A DNA stretch of 64,000 bases from Chiloscyllium plagiosum (GCF_004010195.1 NC_057718.1:89469062-89533061); one strand, 5' to 3'; positions 37,145 through 49,802 are shown, counted from the stretch's first letter. The notes: generated from the sequence alone by a model not told the origin. Numbers and translations: made by a program.

Positions 37145-37650
37145 GTCACAAACCTCCTGCTGGAATGTGCCTTTGCAAAGCAATTCTGGAGGAAGACACA
37201 GTGGTTTTTGCCGAGGGGTATCTCGAGCAGCTGGGAGACGCAGGACTCTGTACTCTACGGTCTGGCCCCCAGGACGCAGAGACCAATTGCGCTTGGAGAG
37301 CCGTCAACTCAGTGAACTCTGGTCTGCCCAAACCTTGTTGGCCTTCCAGTGGTAAGAGTTGACCTCAACCAAGTGTTGCAGACTGGCACACCCCAGGGTC
37401 CAGGGCTATGGGCTGAGGGATGCATTAAGCTTGGGCCAGCTGCCACAGTGGGGAAAGACCACTGTCTGAGGTCTTTCTGCCAAACTATAATGAGGATCTG
37501 ATCAGTTATCAGGTTATTTCAAATTCCAATTGTTTTTTTCTTTCTACGCAAAAACTGTACAGAATTGCTTCAATATCTGTGTCTGAATTAAAGATTTTTT
37601 TTGATGGATAAAGTATATTTTTGCAATAAAAAATATGAACAAATAAAAAA
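37145..37650 (+). mobile_element. Tx1/L1-clade LINE 3' end
   Basis: decayed LLLECAFAKQFWR..QDSVLYGL..NCAWRAVNSV..LWSAQTLL; A-rich tail. Confidence 0.7.
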
Positions 37651-37795
37651 TCTCAAGGATTCACACATCTGGGACAGGCACACAAGAACTGAGCTTCACG
37701 TGTGTTGCTAACTCGAAACACCCCATGAATGGTATGGGGAAGCCAAGGAACTGAGACACTATTTACCATTCCCAGCACTGCATCCATGTTATTTG

Positions 37796-38771
37796 AGTCA
37801 TAGAGACATGCACGGAAACAGACTTTTCAGTCCAACTCGTCCATGCCGACCAGATATCCCAACCTCGTCTAATCCCATTTGCCAGCACTTGGCCCATATC
37901 CCTCTAAACCCTTCCTATTCATATACCCATCCAGATGCCTTTTAAATGCTGTAATTGTACCAGCCTCCACCACATCCTCTGGCAGCCCATTCCATACACA
38001 TACCACCCTCTGTGTGAAAAAGTTGCCCCTTCCGTCTCTTTTATATCTTTCCCCTCTCACCCTAAACCTATGCCCCTCTAGTTCTGGACTCCCCCACCTC
38101 GGGGAAAAGACCTTGTCTATCCATGCCCCTCATGACTTTATAAACCTCTATAATGTCACCCTTCAGCCTCTGACGCTCCCCACCCTATTCAGTCTCTCCC
38201 TATAACTCAAATCCTCCAACCCTGGCAACATCTTTTCTGAACCCTCTCAAGTTTCACGTCATCTTTCCGATAGGAAGGAGACCAGAATTCACACAATATT
38301 CCAACAGTGGCCTAACCAGTGTCCTGTACAGCCACAACATGACGTCCCAACTCCTATATTCGATGCTTTGACCAATAAGGGATAGCATGGTGGCTCAGTG
38401 GTTAGCACTGCTGCCTCACGGCGCTAGGTACCTGGGCTCGATTCCACTGTCGGGCCACAGTCTGGGTGGAGTTTGCGCATTCTTCCCGTGTCTGCGTGGG
38501 TTTCCTCCCACTATCCAAAGGTTAGGTGGATTGGCCATGTTAAATTGCCCAGAGTGTTAGGTGCATCGGTCAGGGGTAAATATAGGATAGGGGGAATGGG
38601 TCTGTACGGGATACTCATTGGAGGGTCGGTATGGACTTGTTGGGCCAAATAGTCTGTTTCCATTCTGTAGGGAAGCTAATCTAAAGGAAAGCTTACCAAA
38701 TGCCTTATCCACTACCCTGTCTACCTGCGACTCTATGTTCAAGGAACTATGAACCTGCACTCCAAGGTCTT
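37796..38771 (-). mobile_element. CR1 3' region interrupted by plus-strand HE1 SINE (38379-38683)
   Basis: ORFs 37869..38060 and 38557..38760; SINE head tggctcagtggttagcactgctgcc. Confidence 0.88.
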
Positions 38772-38889
38772 CACAGGGGACTTTCTAAGGAAGCAGGAGG
38801 TTGGGGTGGGGGGGACAGGAATGCTGATGAATGAATGAATAAATCAATCAATCAATGAACCAATCAATCCAAACTCCTCAGTACAGCCA

Positions 38890-39295
38890 GGTTTTTTGAA
38901 TTCAAGATGGCGCCTGAACGTGGCGACATATTGTGAACTGTCTACAGCAGATCTTATTCTTGAATACCTTTTAATTGTTCTGCTCTTCTAACCTCAAATC
39001 TAAGTCTATCAGAATTACTAACAACGCTTTCTTAAATCTACTTTCAGGATTAAAGATTACACGTACAAATAGACTCAAGTACAGCTTCTTCCCTGCTGTT
39101 ATTGGACTTCTGAATGGACCTTTCAAATTTTAAATTTGATGCTGACCTCCCTCCCTCCTCTGCAGGCATAACACTGTATTCCTCGCTCTGTTCTATTGCC
39201 CTGATGCTCTTTGCAATGACGTGATCTGCCTGAACTGCATGCAAAACTAAACCTTTCACTGTGTGTAGGTGCAATAATGAATCGAATCGAATCAG
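38890..39295 (+). mobile_element. Short Rex1/Babar-related element (caagatggcg head plus Rex1-like 3' end)
   Basis: 3' half resembles 5460-5672 (cagcttcttccctgctg...aaacctttcactgtg); (gaatc)n tail. Confidence 0.6.
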
Positions 39296-39462
39296 ACCCA
39301 GGCGAATTTGAGGTTGAGTTTGAGAAGACAGCAGGCTGGTCACTCGCTCCCTGTGACCAGTAAGATCTGAGAATTTACTGGAAAAAGTTCGGTTTTAGAC
39401 AGTGAACATGTCCGATTGATTTTGGTTTTGTCAAGTGGAACACATTCCCTCCTGGGCCTTAC

Positions 39463-39618
39463 CTTGGCTAAGTTACTTAAGGCTAAATACCAAGCGGACA
39501 GCTGAGAGACTCTGTGCATAAAGCTCTTGTTGGAAGCTTGATCTTCCCATAGGTGCTGAGCTTTCTCTTTCAGCTTGTTTAGCTGGGGTTCGCGGTAGGT
39601 TATATCCTCTAGGACAGA
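39463..39618 (-). CDS. SYNE1: SYNE1 exon I (156 nt) SVLEDITYREPQLNKLKEKAQ...YLALSNLAK
   Basis: acceptor ttccag|TCT, donor AAG|gtaagg. Confidence 0.94.
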
Positions 39619-40004
39619 CTGGAAGGCACAAGCAGGTTTGCAAAAAACACAGCACAGGTTAGCGCACATATCGTACTTAGCGGGGGGCAGGGAGCGTGTT
39701 AATATACCCCCCCACCCATTCAGGAGGTGGAAGCAAAGCACATCGAGAACGCGTCAAAAGGCACGGAACAGATACAATCACGACTGACATGAAGGCAAGC
39801 GCATCACTGAGGTGAGCAGAATGGAGGCCCTGGTTTAGGCCGAGGGGTGTACATGCATCACGGTGATAAAGCGAACTATCCCGCTGAAGGGAGCGAGCCC
39901 ATAGGGTATGAACTGGCTGGAGAGTTGCGGTGAAATGTGCTGTGCACGGTGTGGGAACGATGGGGATACAGTCTGAGCCAGGAGTTCACCGGATGCTGGA
40001 CTAC

Positions 40005-40148
40005 CTGAAGCCTGAACTGCTCGTTTTTCTTGGCCACGAGGTCGGGCAGCTGGCTGTTGCTCCCTTGTACGGCCGCTTCCGTGGCAATCAACCACTCCTG
40101 CACAGGCCCGACCCCAGCTTCGAAATCCTTCATCTGAGACTGCAGGTT
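40005..40148 (-). CDS. SYNE1: SYNE1 exon H (144 nt) NLQSQMKDFEAG...KKNEQFRLQ
   Basis: acceptor cctcag|AAC, donor CAG|gtagtc. Confidence 0.92.
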
Positions 40149-40724
40149 CTGAGGGGAGAAGGGAGGGGAGTAAGAAAAGTCAGAAAGAGAAAAGGAAATG
40201 GCTCCCAGTTGACGTCAGCATTTAAAACCCTGAAATGTAAAACATTATGGCAACCTTTCTCGACCACCAGGATTTCACACCCTCCTCTCCCTCCAAGGAC
40301 CCTCCTGGGAGTCAGCTAGCAACCAATCAAGGAGGCGGGGGGAGGGCATAAAGGTTACAGGCCGGGTGGTAGAGAATATCCTGCTCATTGCTGAGGCTCA
40401 TGTTTTATTTAACCTACTTTTTTTCCTATTACTTAACCTATTTTTTCCTCTTTAATCAACCTGTTCAGAGAATTTACTACACACCTCTTGAGCAAACGGG
40501 AATTGAAATGGGCCTCCCCATCCCGGGGTAAGGACATTGCCACTGCGCCACAAGAAAGGCCCTTAAAGGCCATGGCAGCCATAGCTGTTTGGAGGAGGGG
40601 GAGAGGGAGGGGCCTAGGCAGGGAGTCTCACGACCCTCCAAGGTCTGCACCCGAACGACACACAACAAAACCATGGATACGATTTCCACTTTACCTTTAG
40701 CTGTTCACTGAGCAATAGGATATA

Positions 40725-41100
40725 CAGTAGAACTCCCGTATCCGCGGATTTGGTTTCCGCGGTTTCAGTTATCCGCGGTTTACCATAGCCCGAAATTATT
40801 GAATGGAAAATTCCACAAATACACAATTCATTTTTTTTCGTTGCTCCATTGAGAGTTAAGCCAAAACTTCAGAATCCCGTTTATTCGAGAGCGAGAGAGA
40901 GAACACAAGTATAACAATGTACAATGTATTTTTATTATTATTTAATGTTGGCAATGTCTTATTGCGTGTAATTTATCAATTTATGTACGTAAACAAAAAA
41001 TGACCTACATATAGGGTTTGCTACTATCCGCAGTTTTGGCTATCCGCGGTAAGTCTTGGAATGTATCACCCACGGACCCACGGATACAGGAGGGCTACTG
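40725..41100. mobile_element. Tigger/pogo MITE, MER44/Tigger7-like
   Basis: TA on both sides; 23-bp TIR cagtagaactcccgtatccgcgg versus revcomp cagtagccctcctgtatccgtgg. Confidence 0.85.
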
Positions 41101-42602
41101 TACCCGCTGTGCCAGATGCACAGTGAGATCCCGTATGTAACAGCTCATTACCGAGTGTTCAATGCACCGATGAATTCTCCGTATGGCTTCCCAAGACTTA
41201 TGGGGGCCCGCGGGTGGGGCCGCGGGGGTGGTCACCGGCTCCCTGAGATTATCTCGGGCAAGAAATATGTGGTTTGGTGGTACAGCGTCCACCAGGATGG
41301 TGACTGTCACCATAGCCCCCACTCGATCTGTGTCACAACCCACCCCGAGCCTCCGTATGGCAAGGTTTCCCACGGTCTGGTTGCTCAATCCGGTGGGGGG
41401 TGTGGGGGGGTCGAATGAGGAGGGAGTGGTTCCTCCTCTCTGGGGATCCTGTCCCACCGACAGAAGGTCACATTCCATTAGCTTCCCAATCACTACAGCT
41501 CCCCCCCACCCCCTCCACATTCCTCCCTTCGCCAGGACCTGTGTGAGACCACTCCACGTTTTGCATTCCAATCTCCGGCGATGATCCTGTGCCGGGGACG
41601 CAATCCCAGCAGTGACCACCATCAGATTGACCAGCCGCTCTCAGGAGAGTGGACATTCTCCCACACGGGGGCACCATGGGTAACCACGGTCAGTTTACTA
41701 CTCAGCCGCCATTAACTCCGGTCATAGCGCCTCACGCAGGCCGAGCCTGGGGCGACCTGACTTTTCAGACAGCGGGCAGAGCCAACTGTCTGCCACCTAT
41801 AAAACTAAGCCCCTTCCAACTGAAGGAGGCATTGCTTTCAACATAGCAACAGTTCAGAAACAAAGGCCAGATTGAGTCCACAGTGACAGGATTGGCTCAG
41901 CTGACCTGCATAAACACAATGTAGTTGGAAAGAAGGCTGACAGAGAGGCAGCAAAATGGAGTTGAGGAATATCAGAGCACTCATAATCTACCCTGCACCA
42001 GGGCAGACTGCACAGAAGGGGTGAATGGCCTTAATCCACTCCGTCAGTGGGTTCCAGTGCCACGGAACTGGTGAGCTGCTGAGGAGGCCATTCTCAGCCC
42101 ATTGTACTTGCACCAGCCCCATTACCTGACTCTGACCGCCTCCCCACATCCCTGCACACCATTACGATTCAAGGAAACCACACACCCACGGCCCTCAGCT
42201 CAAGTTGTCTCCAGCACGGTTGTCGTGACTGAGAGGATTCTGAGGTCAGTGAACTGGAAAACACAGCCCTGACACTCCCAGCCTAACACCTACCCAGCCC
42301 CCAAAACCATGCCCATGATCACGCTCAAATACACAGCCCACACTCCTCGCCCCCCCCGCCCCCCATAGCCTGATGCTGTGTCCATGATCACGCTCAAATA
42401 GAATCCCCCCACCCCCATTGCCCAATATTGTGTTCCATGACTACACTGATAGAGACAAGGAATGGGAATTGAAATGATACAGTATAGACAGTGACCTTTC
42501 ACCCCTTTCTATCCATGCTGGCTATCTGAGAGGAGCTATCCGATGAGGCATTTTCCTTGATCGAAAGTTTATTTTTATTTCGTGAGGTGTTGATGGACCG
42601 AC

Positions 42603-42785
42603 CTGTAAGGCGGCTTCCTTTCGGTGCAGGCTTGTGAGCAGGTTCTTCCAGTCCTCCTTGGCAGTGGACACTTTGGTCTGGATGGCTTCGGCCTTGTCCT
42701 TGCTGAGAATCCTGCCCAGCAGCTCGCCTTTGGAGATGAGAGTGTTGAGTTTGCTCTGACAGGCCTCGCTCTCTGACAGGAAATC
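42603..42785 (-). CDS. SYNE1: SYNE1 exon G (183 nt) DFLSESEACQSKLN...AKEDWKNLLTSLHRKEAALQ
   Basis: hand-translated; acceptor tttcag|GAT, donor CAG|gtcggt. Confidence 0.92.
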
Positions 42786-43906
42786 CTGAAAGCAACACCA
42801 AAATGGCCGTCAGCAGGAGAGGAAGTGGCACCACCTCAGGATCTCCTGAAAAGTGCAGCCGCCGCAGGAAACCAAGCAACCGATTTGCGCACAGCAAGAT
42901 CCCACAAACAGCAATGACTGCACAGTTAAACAGGAGAAGAACTTACATTTATATAGCACCTCATCACACCCTCCACAAGTACAAACAAACCAAGGAGTCT
43001 CTGTCACTACTGAAAGGTTGTCAGGTACAATGGGAAGCCATCACAGACACCAGTTGTGTGGAGGTAAACACGCAGCAAACATTTTGTGCGAAATGACTTG
43101 TCTCTGAATTTTACTGTCAGCACAGTTTGATGCATAATTCGGATAACCAATTAAATTCTTTCATCTTATTGCTTAAGGGATAAATATTGACCAATGCACT
43201 AGGAAAGCTTCCTCAGCAGCGCCATGTGATGCTACAATGCTTTTTAAGATTATCATCCTTCTTTGGCGATAAAAGCACCTTTGGGCAGCTTGAGGTTGCA
43301 AGAGGCACTACATAAATGCACATATTCGTTTCAAAGCCGACTCTACAGGCATACAGGACCTCAGTTCAGCACCTCACCTGATTAAGTGGCGTCCCCAGCT
43401 CTACAGCACTGCCACAGCCCTGCACTGGAATGTTTGAATCTACAGGGGGCGCTCAGAGATCTGGAGTGGAATCGGATTTGAACCCCTCTTCCTGCTGACT
43501 CAGGAGTAGGAGTCCTACCAACACAATATCAGTACAACTGCAGAGCCCTGGATGTTACATTCTCAAAGAGCTCAGCCCTTGCACTCCTAGAATGAACTGA
43601 CAGGTCTGAATATGTGGTATTAGCTGTGCTCTGCCTGTAACAGTCAGCTTCAGGCCCCAAGAAGTCCTGATTCAGCTACTGATATCGGAGGTTGAAGGCC
43701 CCCTAGCCTGAACACAGAAATATATTCATCAGTTACACACTTGAACTGGAGCCCAAAGGGGACGAGGATCCAAATGTTAACTTGCAAGTAGCATCTTAAC
43801 TGGAGGGATCACCTTGTGAGCTGGCACTGGGGAAAGTGCCCACCAAAGTTGTTGCAAAAGATCAAATGAATTGCCAATGCCCTTCAGGACAGAGAATCTA
43901 ACGTCA

Positions 43907-44259
43907 GGGTGGCACGGTGGCTCAGTGGTTAGCCCTGCTGCCTCACAGCACCAGGGACCTGGGTTCAATCCCACCCTCTGCTAACTGTCTTTGTGGAGTT
44001 TACATGTTGTCCGTGTGGGTTTCCCTTGGTGCTCCAGTTTCCTCCCACAGTCCAAAGATGTGCAGCTCAGGTAAATTGGCCATGGTCAATTACCCATAGT
44101 GTTCAGCGGGTGTGCAGGCTAGGTGGATTAGCCATGGAAAATGCAGGCTTACAGGGATAGGGTAGGAGGTGTGGTTCTGGGTGCGATGCTCTTCAGAGGA
44201 TCGGCATGGACACACTGGGCTGAATGGCCTCCTTCCACACTGTAGGGATTCTATGATTC
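43907..44259 (+). mobile_element. HE1-type V-SINE
   Basis: gggtggcacggtggctcagtgg...gggattctatgattct. Confidence 0.9.
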
Positions 44260-44334
44260 TGTCAGCCTTAGCTGGTCTAGCTTTCACTGTATCCCACTAC
44301 AGCCTCACAACTTCAATGCATTATCTGGGCCGCC

Positions 44335-44620
44335 ATGGCACCTATTGTTAAAGTTCACTTGAGAATGTAACTTCAAGAAAGTTCTGGGAATTACATATGA
44401 TAGAACTGAAACCAACATGGTCATTCTAAAAGATGAGAGACTTAACCAACAATCCAGGTCTTTTTCAATATATAATTTCAGTTACATCACACTGTGAACT
44501 TTTGCTATAAATTCTGTGTCTTACGATCTTATTCTCCACTTAAACCTGTGGACTACAACCTGGTGTTGTGTGATTTTTAACTTTGTCCACCCCAGTCTAA
44601 CACCGGCACCTCCACATCAT
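44335..44620 (+). mobile_element. Penelope-like pLTR fragment with hammerhead segment deleted
   Basis: matches 7180-7476 but lacks ctgatga...gctagtg. Confidence 0.7.
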
Positions 44621-45256
44621 CCCACCTGGACATGGCTGATTTGCATTGCTTTGTGCAAATGACCCAGCATGCATTCAGCTGGAACACAATTGTTTCCAGG
44701 AGCAATCTCAGTCCTTCCCCCTCAAGGCAATAATGGTCAGGAAACACACATTCCAATACTGTTCTCTGCTCCACCAATGTCCTGGACTTCATACGTGGGG
44801 TTTGTACCCTTCACTCCATCTTCCTCATGTGCTTCACATTAATCTTCCTCTGCAGGACGCTGAAACACTGAACTCTCGACATAAGCACAACTCCCTTCTC
44901 ATTTACAATTCAGTGCCAAGTGCTAAATTGGACGAATCTCTTGTCCTCTACACTGTGACTTAATCACTGCCTCATTAAAAATAGAACAACTTTAGCACAA
45001 AGATAGAGAAATCTCGACTATAAAGAGATTCTTCTGCTGGGCAAGTACAGAAGAAACAAATTAACCTGCTCAACCTCACCATAAACCCGACACAACAGTA
45101 TCTTCAGTTAGAACTTGGGTACCTGTCTGTAACTTCTTCCAGACAGATACTAATGTGATTCTAAACCCCTCAATATGAAAACCTATACAAACAAGACCGT
45201 GGCCATATACTCAATTCAAATACAAACTTGATCTTGGACATATACTCAATACAGCA

Positions 45257-45794
45257 TTCAATTCTGGTCTCCCTTCTATAGAAAGGATGTTGTGAAACTT
45301 GAAAGGGTTCAGAAGAGATTTACAAGGATGTTGCCAGGATTGGAGGATTTGAGCGATAGGGAGATGGTTGTTTTCCCTGGAGCGTCAGAGGCTGGGCAGG
45401 GGGGGGGGGTGGGGGGGTGACTTTATAGAGGTTTATAAAGTCGTGAGGGGCATGAATAGGGTAAATAGACAAGGTCTTTTCTCTGGGGTGGGGGAGTCCA
45501 GAACTAGGGGGCATAGGTTTAAGGTGGGAGGAGAAAGATTTAAAAGGGACCTAAGAAGAAACCTTTTCACACAGAAGGTGGTACGGGTATGGAATGAGCT
45601 GCCAGAGGAAGTGGTGGAGGCTGGTGCAATTACAACATTTAAATGACATCTGGATGGGTATATGAATAGGAAGGGTTTGGAGGGATATGGGCCAAGCGCT
45701 GGCAAATGGGATGAGATTAGGTTGGGATATCTGGTCGGCATGGACGGGTGGGACTGAAGGGTCTGCTTCTGTGCTGTACATCTCTATGACTCTC
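45257..45794 (+). mobile_element. CR1 3' end
   Basis: ORF 45368..45646. Confidence 0.9.
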
Positions 45795-45804
45795 TGAGTG
45801 TATA

Positions 45805-45978
45805 CAGAGGAACCACGATTATCCAAAGGACATGGGCAGGCAGTATTGCATTTGGTTAATCGAATTCCGGATAATTGAATGCTGGATAACACAGTTTAGC
45901 CGAGCGTCGGGACCTTGCGACCTTGCCGGATATTCTGATATTCGGATAATCGAATGTTGGATAATTGAGGTTCCTCTG
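45805..45978. mobile_element. Tigger/pogo-type MITE
   Basis: TIR cagaggaaccacgattatcc / ggataattgaggttcctctg; TA left, TG right. Confidence 0.75.
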
Positions 45979-46233
45979 TGAATTGAATTCAAATACAAAC
46001 CTGACCCTGGCCATGTATTCAGTTCAAATACAAACACTACCTCCAATTCAGATAGAAAGTATTGGAAGGTAATTTTCACCCAAAATCGGTGAGAAGTCAA
46101 GAAACCAACAAGTGCAAAGGGATTTTCTGAACTCATTCCCTTTCATTCAGCTTTGCATTTTTGCATGTTTTCCTTTTTCCTTGTGTTTTATCACAATGAC
46201 TACTGTCACCCCTGTGCTCTGTGAGCTCCTTAC

Positions 46234-46405
46234 CTGCAGTTTCTGAATGATTGCAGTTGCTTCATCGATGTTTTGAGGTGTATCGAAGCAGGTGGTGATC
46301 TTGGTGTTGATCATCCACTGCTGGAACTCCCTGAAGGTGGTACGGAATCGCTGCTCCAGTGCCCTCTCCTTATTCTGACAATACTTTGCAGTCTGTAAAC
46401 AAAGG
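46234..46405 (-). CDS. SYNE1: SYNE1 exon F (172 nt) LCLQTAKYCQNKE...ATAIIQKLQ
   Basis: acceptor ctacag|C, donor CAG|gtaagg; phase matches exon E. Confidence 0.93.
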
Positions 46406-46684
46406 CTGTAGTGAGCAGAAACAAGGAGACGCCAAGTTATACGAAGGCTTGGGCATGAGAAATGTTGTAGCCTGTCTTCTCCATTTACAGGTGAGACTGA
46501 GCTTTTTTTGTCAATTTCCAAAATGTTCCGTTTCGAGCACAAAGTCACAACCCGAGTTTCTGATATTTCTGACCAAGCAGCAGTCTGGACTGCTTAGATC
46601 AACAGTGTAAGTGGAAACATCAAGGCTCCTCCAACACCCAGCCACTATTGGGCACCTAAGGAGACCGCACCATTCTAGGCTCAG

Positions 46685-46922
46685 TGCATCAGTCAGTTCA
46701 GGGACAGTTTCTTCCCGGCTGTTATTAGACTACTGAATGGACTCTCTAGCATCAAATAATTCTGTTCTAGCTAATGTTGATCTCTCGTGTACACCCTGCA
46801 TTGCCTGTGTCTAAATTTTCTGATCTGTACAACCTTGCTTACTATGATCTGCCTGTACTGTTCGTAAACAAAGCATCTCACTGTACTTCGGTACAAGTGA
46901 CAATATATAAGTTAATAAATTA
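46685..46922 (+). mobile_element. Rex1-like 3' end fragment
   Basis: cagtttcttcccggctgttattagactactgaatggac. Confidence 0.6.
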
Positions 46923-47185
46923 ATACGTTAGTCCACTACATGACAACTTTGGCACTTTTCATCAAAACCAACCACTACAGTGGCTTCATAACAGCTTCCA
47001 TCAGAATCAACTGAACAGAAACCCAACAGGTTCCACTACAACAATTTACAAAGAATTTTACAGATTAGAAACAGGGTATTCAGCCTACCTGAGTATTTAT
47101 GCTTCCTGAATCTCCTCACACTTGTTTTATCTAGCTCAATCACCACATCCTTCTGTTTATTTACCCTTCCTATAAGTTATCAGCG

Positions 47186-47712
47186 AGTCATGGAGATGTA
47201 CAGCACGGAAACAGACCCTTCGGTCCCACTCGTCCATACCGACCAGATATCCCAACCCAATCTAACCCCACCTGCCAGCACCTGGCCCATATCCCTCTAA
47301 ACCCTCCCTATTGATATACCCATCCAGATGCCTTTTAAATGTTGCAATTGTACCAGACTCCACCACTTCCTGTGGCAGCTCATTCCACACACACACCACC
47401 CTCTGTGTGAAAAAGTTGCCCCGTAGGTCTCTTTTATATCTTTCCCCTCTCACCCTAAACCTATGCCCTCTAGTTCTGGACTCCCCCACTACAGGGAAAA
47501 GATTTTGTCTATTTATCTTATTCATGTCCCTCATGATTTTATAAACCTCAATAAGGTCATCCCTGAGCTTCCAACATGCCAGGGAAAACAGCCCCAGCCT
47601 ATTCAGCCTCTCCCATATCTCAAACTCTCCGATGCTTGTAAATCTTTTCTGGATTTTTTCAAGTATAACAACATTTTCCTACAGCAGGGAGAACAGAATT
47701 GAAAAAAGTGGC
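47186..47712 (-). mobile_element. CR1 3' end
   Basis: ORF 47262..47534. Confidence 0.9.
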
Positions 47713-47726
47713 CCTTAAATGTATGC

Positions 47727-48592
47727 TGTGGTGAAAGTTATCTGATTTATAGACAGAAGTATGTTTTTGTGTAAGTTTTTAGAGTTAGGATTTCAAAATA
47801 GTGGCATATGGGGAACAGTATTTTTTGTGAAAGGTTTAAAGAGAAACTGCCTTTCAGGAACATTGACCTGATCCAGTATGTATCAGACAGTAGAGATCCC
47901 TGGAGTGTTAATGATTAATTGTTAACACTGTGCTGGTAGGAATGTAAACATTGAGGTCTATTTGCTTTTTTATTGGTTTATGATAACCAGGCATTTATTT
48001 AGTTTAGGAAACCTAAGAGATTAAAAGTTTTTGAGCAGTTATGGAAGAAATGTGACTGGAGCCAGAATCACAATGAAGTTTCTGTCCTAGAAAGGAATAT
48101 AGAACAGTTCAGGGAATATGCTACCTTAATTAAGTGCTAATTTATGAAATTTACAGACTAGGAACACTTGGTTAAGAAGCGACAGGCAATTAAAAGCTGG
48201 GCAAGTCTAAGCTCTCAGTTTTGTGCTCACTTAAGACTGCACAGTTCACTGGAAGGAACTGAGAACAATGAGCTGGGTCAAAATTATAGATTTGGGATAG
48301 AGAAAGTTCTTTCTCTGAATGTCAAATTGTAAAGTGATGGTTTTGGGTAATAGATGACCTGTTGTTTTGCTGCGTGTTTTAAGAGTTTTTCAGCTATGTC
48401 CTATATTTAGATAGCTTGGCTTGTCTTATTTTATGGTTTTCCTTTTATTTAATAAACTTATGTTTTTACGGTTAAATAAAATCTGCAGCTTTGTGTGCTT
48501 ATGCAGTGACACCACATTAAAATATGAAAGTTATGATCTATCAAGCCAGGTTTCAGACCTGTCCCAATGGTAACATCAGCTGGCTTTGCAAC
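47727..48592 (+). mobile_element. Possible solo LTR (AT-rich)
   Basis: starts TGT; AATAAA signals near 3' end; appears to interrupt CR1-like sequence; no clean TSD. Confidence 0.35.
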
Positions 48593-49802
48593 TATCTGTA
48601 CACTCCTTGCAATTGTGCATTTTGCATTCAGACTGCTCCCTGAGTAAAGAACCGAAAGTGGGCCATTCTTTCAACTAGCTAGACGTGGGTGGCATGATGG
48701 CACACTGCTGCCTCAGAGCCTCAAAGACCCGGGTTCGATTCCACCCTCCGGCGACTGTCTGTGTGGAGTTTGTAAGTTCACCCTGTGTCTGTATTCCTCT
48801 GGATGATCTGGTTTCCTCCTGCAGCCTAGGCAGATCAGCCCATGGGGGATGCCAGGTTATGGGGACAGGATGGGTCTGGGACTTGGTGTGATGGAGGGTC
48901 AGTGCGGAATGAAGGTGAAAGTGACCCCCTCTGGCCTTGGTGGTGCTCCTAACAGTGGCCTTTCATCAAAGGACACCAGTGCTGAACTCCAGCTTCAACC
49001 AGTCTCCTCAGATTGAGGCAGGGCTGCCTGGCCTGAAAATCCGTCACCAACTTAAACACCGACCTGCGAGTGAGGAATCAAACCTGGATAGAAAGGATAC
49101 ACCCCTAGTCACCTCCGTGCTGTGCTGTGTAAAGCATTATGGTTCATCTGGTGGAGTTTAAGACTTCCTTCGAAAAGAACCTACACCATCCACAATGCAA
49201 CAAACTCTCAGAACTGTAGCCGGGCAATGCCTGGAGTATAATCTGAACACATCCCCGGCTCTGGAGGTGAGGGTAATACTCACCAGGGAGAGATGATATC
49301 CTGTCACTGGACCAGTCAGCAAAAGGCCAGGCTAAAACTCTAGGCACATGGGCTCAAATCCCACCACCACAGCAACTGGGGCAATTTAAATTTGACTAAT
49401 AACATTAAACCGTGAAACTCTCATCGCTTGTCATTGAAGTTCATCTGATTCATAAATCTCCCTTAGGGAAGGAAATCTGCAATCTTCATCTGACCAGACC
49501 TACATAAGACCCCAGGCTCACAGCAATATGATTAGCTGCCCTCTGAAATGGCCCGGAGAGGCACCTCCTTAGTGGGCAATGAGGGATGGGTGAAAATGAG
49601 GACTGCAGTTGCTGGAGATCAGAGTCTAGATTAGAGTGGTGCTGGAAAAGCACAGCAGGTCAGGCAGCATCCCAGGAGCAGGAAAATTGACATTTTGGGC
49701 AGGAGCCTGATCTGTTCAGTGACACCCATATTCCACAAAAGTATAAATTAGCAGAAATCTTCAACAGGACGCAAACTGATTTCAATATAAATGGAGACTT
49801 AC

